Both the position numbers and the translations under genes were made by a program. Shown piece by piece: positions 58,992 to 64,000 of a stretch of DNA of 64,000 nt (position 1 is its first letter; every line of letters begins with the position of its first letter). Source of the stretch: Patescibacteria group bacterium (GTDB lineage: Bacteria; Patescibacteriota; Microgenomatia; UBA8517); assembly GCA_041742135.1 (NCBI GenBank), contig JBGSJG010000008.1:32518-96517 (forward strand). Direction: 5' to 3'. The notes beneath the pieces were generated by a model. The model was not told the DNA's origin. It did not search any database and saw nothing but the letters and a program-made list of their open reading frames with translations.

Positions 58992-59851
58992 TCAAACTAA
59001 GTATAGTTTTAGCAGTTAGAAATGAGGAAGAAAATATTGCAAGATGCTTGAGCGCTGTTGCGGATATTGCTGATGAAATAATTATTTTTGATGAATATTC
59101 GGTGGATAAAACCCGTGATATCGCGAAGTCTTTTGGCGCGAAAGTATATTTGGAACCACATCACGCTAACTTCCATATTACAAAACAGAAAGCCATCAGC
59201 AAGGCTCGAGGCGAATGGATTTTGCAATTGGATGCAGATGAGGTGGTCACGCCTGAGCTTGCTCGCGAAATCATAGACGTTACCCAGATGAATTACGAGC
59301 AAATTATTTCTCGAAGGCCAAAGGAAAATAAAAAGTTGGTTTTATTTCAAAGACATTTGAAAGTGGTAGAGGAAAAAGATGGAAGTCTGGGTAAAAAGTC
59401 TGGGGAAATTGTTGCTTTCTTTGTTCCTCGAAGAAATATGTTTTTAGGAAAACCCTTAATTCACGCAGGTGTTTACCCCGATGCTGTCATCAGACTAATT
59501 AGACGTGGAAAGGCGTATCTTCCAGCCAAATCAGTACACGAGCAAATGGACATAGATGGAGAGGTGGCTTGGCTATTTAATGATTTACTTCACTTCGATT
59601 CCCCGACGCTAGCGAGATACTTTAGTAGACTAAACCGATACACAGACCTAAGGGCACAAGAGCTAAAAAACAGCAATGTATCTAAAGGGCTGCAAGGTTT
59701 CATCAAAGAAGTCGTAATTATGCCAATTTTGGTTTTTGTAAAGTTATACTTACGACACAAAGGGTTTTTGGACGGTCCTCGCGGGTTTATGTGGTCAGCC
59801 CTGTCAGCTAGTCATTTTCCCATTTCATATTTTAAATACATCACAAAATGA
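58988..59851 (+). CDS. GT2 glycosyltransferase (KdtX/WaaE-like)
   Basis: VRNEE, LDADE, YPD, VHE, GFLDG. Confidence 0.85.
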   Translation: MIKLSIVLAVRNEEENIARCLSAVADIADEIIIFDEYSVDKTRDIAKSFGAKVYLEPHHANFHITKQKAISKARGEWILQLDADEVVTPELAREIIDVTQMNYEQIISRRPKENKKLVLFQRHLKVVEEKDGSLGKKSGEIVAFFVPRRNMFLGKPLIHAGVYPDAVIRLIRRGKAYLPAKSVHEQMDIDGEVAWLFNDLLHFDSPTLARYFSRLNRYTDLRAQELKNSNVSKGLQGFIKEVVIMPILVFVKLYLRHKGFLDGPRGFMWSALSASHFPISYFKYITK

Positions 59852-60915
59852 AAAAAATCGCTATCGATTCTCTTCCCTTGGTTTCTGGGCATTCCTCGCG
59901 AGGGATGGGAGTATATGCGCGAAGATTGATAGAGAACATAAAACTAATTGGGCAAAGTGATTTCGATGTTAATGAGTTTAATTTCATCGAAAACAAAACT
60001 AAGTTACAAAATTACGATTTAATTCATTATCCATATTTCGATCTTTTCTATCGTACACTGCCTTTTTATAAGCCTACAAAAACAGTCGTGACAGTAGCTG
60101 ATGTGACTCCACTTTTGTTTCCGAAGTATTACCCGCCGGGTTTTCGAGGATCATTTAACTTTGCACTACAGAAGAAATCGCTAAAAGGTGCAGACGCAGT
60201 GATAACAATTTCAGAGACCTCGAAAGCGGACATTGTGAAGTATCTTTCTATTGCGGCAAATAAAATATTTGTGACCAAGTTAGCTAGTAACTTTTCAATT
60301 CACAAAGTCGCAAAACAAAACTTGCTTCACGTTCAGAAAGAGTATGATTTGCCGAAAAGATTTGTGCTTTACATTGGCGATGTTAACTGGAACAAGAACC
60401 TGCTTCGGTTGATTGAAGCGGTGAAACAGAGCGGAGAAATACTAGTAATTGTAGGAAAAAGCGCGACAAGGACGGATTACGACAAAGCCCATATTGAGAA
60501 TCTGCCACTTAGAACCCTGCAGGAAAACTACAGCAACGACAGGCAAGTTAGACGTTTGGGATTTGTTGAAGATGATGAGCTAAATGCAATTTGGCAGCTT
60601 GCGACAACGTACTGCATGCCTTCCTTGTATGAAGGCTTCGGTTTATCTGTGGTTGAAGCAATGGAAGCTGGTGTTCCAGTCCTATCTTCAAACACTCCTG
60701 CATTGGTTGAAACTGCAGGGGAAGCAGCACTATATTTTGACCCAGAAGATGTTTCAGATATGTCAGCAAAACTGGTAAAAATTACGAAAGACTCCACACT
60801 AAGAAAGTCACTTATCTCAAAAGGGTACGATAAAGCTAAAACTTACTCTTGGCGAAAATGCGCCAAGGAGACACTGGCTGTCTACAAACATGTCTTGAAT
60901 TTAAAATTTAAATGA
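59848..60915 (+). CDS. GT4 glycosyltransferase (MtfB/WbaZ-like)
   Basis: RGMGVY, TISETSK, KNLLRL, EGFGLSVVEAM. Confidence 0.87.
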   Translation: MKKIAIDSLPLVSGHSSRGMGVYARRLIENIKLIGQSDFDVNEFNFIENKTKLQNYDLIHYPYFDLFYRTLPFYKPTKTVVTVADVTPLLFPKYYPPGFRGSFNFALQKKSLKGADAVITISETSKADIVKYLSIAANKIFVTKLASNFSIHKVAKQNLLHVQKEYDLPKRFVLYIGDVNWNKNLLRLIEAVKQSGEILVIVGKSATRTDYDKAHIENLPLRTLQENYSNDRQVRRLGFVEDDELNAIWQLATTYCMPSLYEGFGLSVVEAMEAGVPVLSSNTPALVETAGEAALYFDPEDVSDMSAKLVKITKDSTLRKSLISKGYDKAKTYSWRKCAKETLAVYKHVLNLKFK

Positions 60916-61505
60916 AAACAAAAAGCCAGAGTGTCGCGGTTTTTGATTTTGATGGGACTATAACAAAATCCGACTCTTTTAATGCATTTTTAGTATATTT
61001 ACACGGACCGGCTGCATTTTTTTTGTTTGTAGCATCTCATTTTTATTTATTCTTAAGGTACTTTCTCGGGTTTGTATCAAATCAGCAAATAAAAGAAGCT
61101 CTGGCAAAACGGTTTTTGAAAGGAGTTAAATACAGTGATTTTGCAAAAATTGCAGGAGATTTCTCGACATCTAAACTTCAGGATATTATAAATCCAGAAG
61201 CACAAAAGGCAATAAATAAGCACTTGTCGCATGCAGATAAAGTTGTGATTATTAGTGCTTCTTTAGGTGAATGGATTTCCCCGTGGGGGGCCAGCATAGG
61301 CGATATTGAAGTAATTTGCTCCACACTTGAAGTAAAAAAAGGCTTATTAACCGGAAAGTTTTCTTACAATTGTTATGGTTCTGAAAAAAAAGCAGTTTTT
61401 TTAAAATCTTACGAAAAATATAAAACGATTCATGTTTACGCTGATTCAAGTGGGGACAAAGATCTTCTTGAGGTGGCAACGCATTCACACTATAAAACAT
61501 TTTAA
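60912..61505 (+). CDS. HAD-IB family phosphatase
   Basis: FDFDGT, ISAS, NCYGSEK, YADSSGD. Confidence 0.87.
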   Translation: MKTKSQSVAVFDFDGTITKSDSFNAFLVYLHGPAAFFLFVASHFYLFLRYFLGFVSNQQIKEALAKRFLKGVKYSDFAKIAGDFSTSKLQDIINPEAQKAINKHLSHADKVVIISASLGEWISPWGASIGDIEVICSTLEVKKGLLTGKFSYNCYGSEKKAVFLKSYEKYKTIHVYADSSGDKDLLEVATHSHYKTF

Positions 61506-62677
61506 TGGCAAATAATAAAAAAATTGCGATTGTGACAGATGGTTTGTGGCGAAAGAGCCTGAGCGCCATCAGGGCGCTGGGTAACGATGGCTACGAGGTA
61601 ATCGTCATGGGAGATAGTCTAGCGACAACTGGTTTCTGGTCACGCTTCACCGCACGAAGAGTAATCGCACCAACCGCAAAGAATAACAGTGAGACTTTTG
61701 GCGAGGCGCTAGTTATACTGTTAAGAAGCCTTAAAAGCAAACCAGTGCTGTTTCCCATGGAAGATGACACTGTAATTTGGTGTTCAAAAAATGCCAAATT
61801 GATAAGTCAATATGCACACATTGCATTACCCCAAGCAAAATCCCTAGATATTGCGATGGATAAGTCTAAAACAATGCTCCAAGCGAAAAAAGTCGGCATC
61901 CCTCATCCGGAGACTTGGATACCCAAATCCTTTGAAGAATTCGTATCGATTATAAACAGTTCTTCAAGTGAAGTGGTAGTCAAGCCTGTACGTGGCAGTG
62001 GATCGCACGGCATGGTTTACGATACGCAAAAAAGCATGGTGGATTGGAGAATTTATTGGGACAAATATAGCCCTGTAGTAGTTCAGGAGCGCATTCCTGC
62101 CGATGGTGAAGCGCTTGGTGTTAGCGTTCTTATGGATCACGCCAACTGTGTGGCGGCTTTTGCACACAAACGCTTACAGCAATACCCTAACTCCGGTGGT
62201 CCCAGCACCGACAGAATCGCCATAGAAGACAAAAAAATAACCCAGCTTAGCATTAAGCTACTTGAAAGCTTGAACTGGCACGGGGTGGCGATGGTTGAAT
62301 GGAAAGTAGATCCAAATACTAAAAAAGCAAAACTGCTTGAAATAAACCCGAGATTTTGGGGCAGTTTGGAGTTGGCTGTTAGAAGTGGAGTCGACTTCCC
62401 AGTTTTATACGCTAAATTAGCCAGAGGAGAAAGAATTTCACCAGTTAAAGAGTATAAATTTGGAACTAGATGCCGATGGTTAATTCCAGGTGAAATACTC
62501 AGGTACTTAAGCCAAAAACCCGCAAATCGTGAATCGCTTTCTGCTTTTGCAAATGGGCTTCCGGCAAGCGCAGAAGAATGGGACAGGCAAGATATACAAG
62601 GATTTATATCAACTGTAATATGTACTTTTATTCAGGCATTTGACCGCGAAAACTGGAAATTTCTGAGGCGAAAATGA
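61505..62677 (+). CDS. ATP-grasp carboxylate-amine ligase-like protein
   Basis: MDKSKT, VVKPVRGSGS, VQERIP, GVAMVEWK, LLEINPRFWGS. Confidence 0.85.
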   Translation: MANNKKIAIVTDGLWRKSLSAIRALGNDGYEVIVMGDSLATTGFWSRFTARRVIAPTAKNNSETFGEALVILLRSLKSKPVLFPMEDDTVIWCSKNAKLISQYAHIALPQAKSLDIAMDKSKTMLQAKKVGIPHPETWIPKSFEEFVSIINSSSSEVVVKPVRGSGSHGMVYDTQKSMVDWRIYWDKYSPVVVQERIPADGEALGVSVLMDHANCVAAFAHKRLQQYPNSGGPSTDRIAIEDKKITQLSIKLLESLNWHGVAMVEWKVDPNTKKAKLLEINPRFWGSLELAVRSGVDFPVLYAKLARGERISPVKEYKFGTRCRWLIPGEILRYLSQKPANRESLSAFANGLPASAEEWDRQDIQGFISTVICTFIQAFDRENWKFLRRK

Positions 62678-63528
62678 AAGTAAACAATTTTCTGACTTTT
62701 GATATCGAGGAATGGTACCACGCTAATTATAAAGGTTTTGATAATTCAGTTTATAAAACTAAGAAGGATGCTCATCTGCCAAGGCTAGTCGATCAACTTC
62801 TTCACATCTGCGAGAAACATAATGTAAAAGCCACTTTCTTTGTTGTAGGCTCTGTTGCTAAGCGGTATCCAAATATTATTAAAAATATAGTAAAGAGTGG
62901 CCACGAAATTGCTTCTCACAGTATGAACCACGATTTAATTTATGAAATGACCCAAAAGCAATTTGTGAAAGACATAAAACAATCAAAGGAAATTTTAGAA
63001 AACATATCTGGGAAAAAGGTGATCGGTTTTCGTGCACCGTCTTGGTCGGTAAATGAAAAAATTTCTGACTGGTTTTATGAAACACTTTTGGCTAGCGGGT
63101 ATAAATACTCTTCTTCAGTTTTTCCGGCCAAGAACTTTTTGTACGGGATGAATGACGCGCCTCTTGTCCCTTTCAGGCCAAAGGTCAAGCACAAGCAAAG
63201 CAAAATTTTAGAGATTCCCTGCTCAGTTTTTGAAGTAATGGGTAAGCGATTCGGCTTTTCTGGTGGGTTTTATTTGCGGATGCTCCCTGGACAAGTTTCT
63301 CGGTTTCTTACCAGATCCGTCAACAATCAGGGCCGATCTGTTGTATTTTATCTTCATCCCCGGGAGATTGACCCGAATCAGCCAAAAATCGATTTGCCAT
63401 TTCCTGAAAACTTAATCCACTACCATGGAATCAATAGTTCGAAAGGAAAGTTGGAATTTTTGGTCGCTAGTTTCAAAGACACTCTTGGCAATACGATGGA
63501 GGAGTATGTTAACAAGCAAAATCTATAG
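62674..63528 (+). CDS. CE4 polysaccharide deacetylase (DUF3473-type)
   Basis: TFDIEEWYH, ATFFVVG, HEIASHSMNH, GFRAPSWS, GGFYLR, YLHPRE. Confidence 0.87.
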   Translation: MKVNNFLTFDIEEWYHANYKGFDNSVYKTKKDAHLPRLVDQLLHICEKHNVKATFFVVGSVAKRYPNIIKNIVKSGHEIASHSMNHDLIYEMTQKQFVKDIKQSKEILENISGKKVIGFRAPSWSVNEKISDWFYETLLASGYKYSSSVFPAKNFLYGMNDAPLVPFRPKVKHKQSKILEIPCSVFEVMGKRFGFSGGFYLRMLPGQVSRFLTRSVNNQGRSVVFYLHPREIDPNQPKIDLPFPENLIHYHGINSSKGKLEFLVASFKDTLGNTMEEYVNKQNL

Positions 63529-64000
63529 ATTTAGCAGTTTATTTTTAATTTCCTTGATCGCCGCGTCTGCGATATATATTCTTTTGGGAAGTCTATTCCA
63601 ATTTGTCTTTCAAATGCCTTTTGAATCTATTGTTGTGTTTGCTCTAATATTTCTAGTTGTAAGATTTTTACTTCGTAAGCAAATAATCCTTGATTCACAC
63701 AAACAAAGTGATCTACCCACGATTGTAATGTTAATTCTTGGAATAATACTAATATTCTATCGATCAACAACTTATGCTTTTTCGTTTGACGACATGGTTT
63801 TCCATTTGCCCTCGGGGCACTATTTCGGCAGCATTTGGCTTTTTAAAAACTTCATGCCCATGGACTTTGCGACGTTTTTGTATCCACTTCTTCAGGTCCC
63901 GTATTTATTTTTAGTTGAACTGTTGGGTCTTCGCGCCGCAATATTATTTTTAAGCACTTTTCAGCTGCTATGGTTCGTTGGCTTGTCTAAAAGGTTTGCG
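63506..64000 (+). CDS. Membrane protein, probable GT-C (3' truncated by window edge, absent from the ORF track)
   Basis: Hand translation from ATG 63506 (MLTSKIYRFSSLFLISL...) stays open to base 64000. Several TM segments and an FDDMVFHLP loop. Confidence 0.6.
   Translation, partial: MLTSKIYRFSSLFLISLIAASAIYILLGSLFQFVFQMPFESIVVFALIFLVVRFLLRKQIILDSHKQSDLPTIVMLILGIILIFYRSTTYAFSFDDMVFHLPSGHYFGSIWLFKNFMPMDFATFLYPLLQVPYLFLVELLGLRAAILFLSTFQLLWFVGLSKRFA

Noticed and set aside
770-63085. Dozens of short ORFs (60-160 aa) on the opposite strand or in alternate frames in the ORF track
   Set aside because: They lie within or across long, motif-supported genes and show no recognisable motifs, so I treat them as shadow ORFs.
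63498-63508. GGAGGAG Shine-Dalgarno-like sequence before ATG 63506
   Set aside because: It is only 1 nt from the start codon and is explained by the upstream gene's M-E-E codons.
1-64000. CRISPR arrays, tRNA/rRNA, IS/integrase, DGR or phase-variable tracts
   Set aside because: I saw no spaced repeats, structural RNA signatures, transposase or RT motifs. Intergenic gaps are under about 100 bp and homopolymers are short with intact frames. A covariance-model search was not possible.

Overview
A gene-dense 64 kb bacterial window (code 11), almost all on the + strand, devoted to cell-surface glycosylation. It holds about 21 multi-pass GT-C-fold glycosyltransferase genes (one truncated, one cut by the window edge), about 14 GT2 and 4 GT4 domains, two Wzx-type flippase domains, a GtrA flippase, three de-N-acetylases, a secreted glycoside hydrolase and rhamnose-pathway enzymes. 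Other content: trmD, a Yip1 protein, three tandem NrnA-like DHH phosphoesterases, two Nudix-type proteins and a sortase with an adjacent LAQTG-tagged substrate. Gene content, overlapping genes and scarce Shine-Dalgarno sites suggest a Patescibacteria/CPR (Microgenomates-like) genome, which is inference. Highlights: (1) a 2.0-18.0 kb module with a 1547-aa four-enzyme fusion, two deacetylases, GT-Cs, a hydrolase and the sortase/substrate pair; (2) large tandem GT-C paralog arrays; (3) a recurring -10 box 5-6 nt before start codons (leaderless signature), including a palindromic bidirectional one. I saw no rRNA, tRNA, CRISPR array or mobile element. All family calls come from motif recognition by eye, not from database searches.
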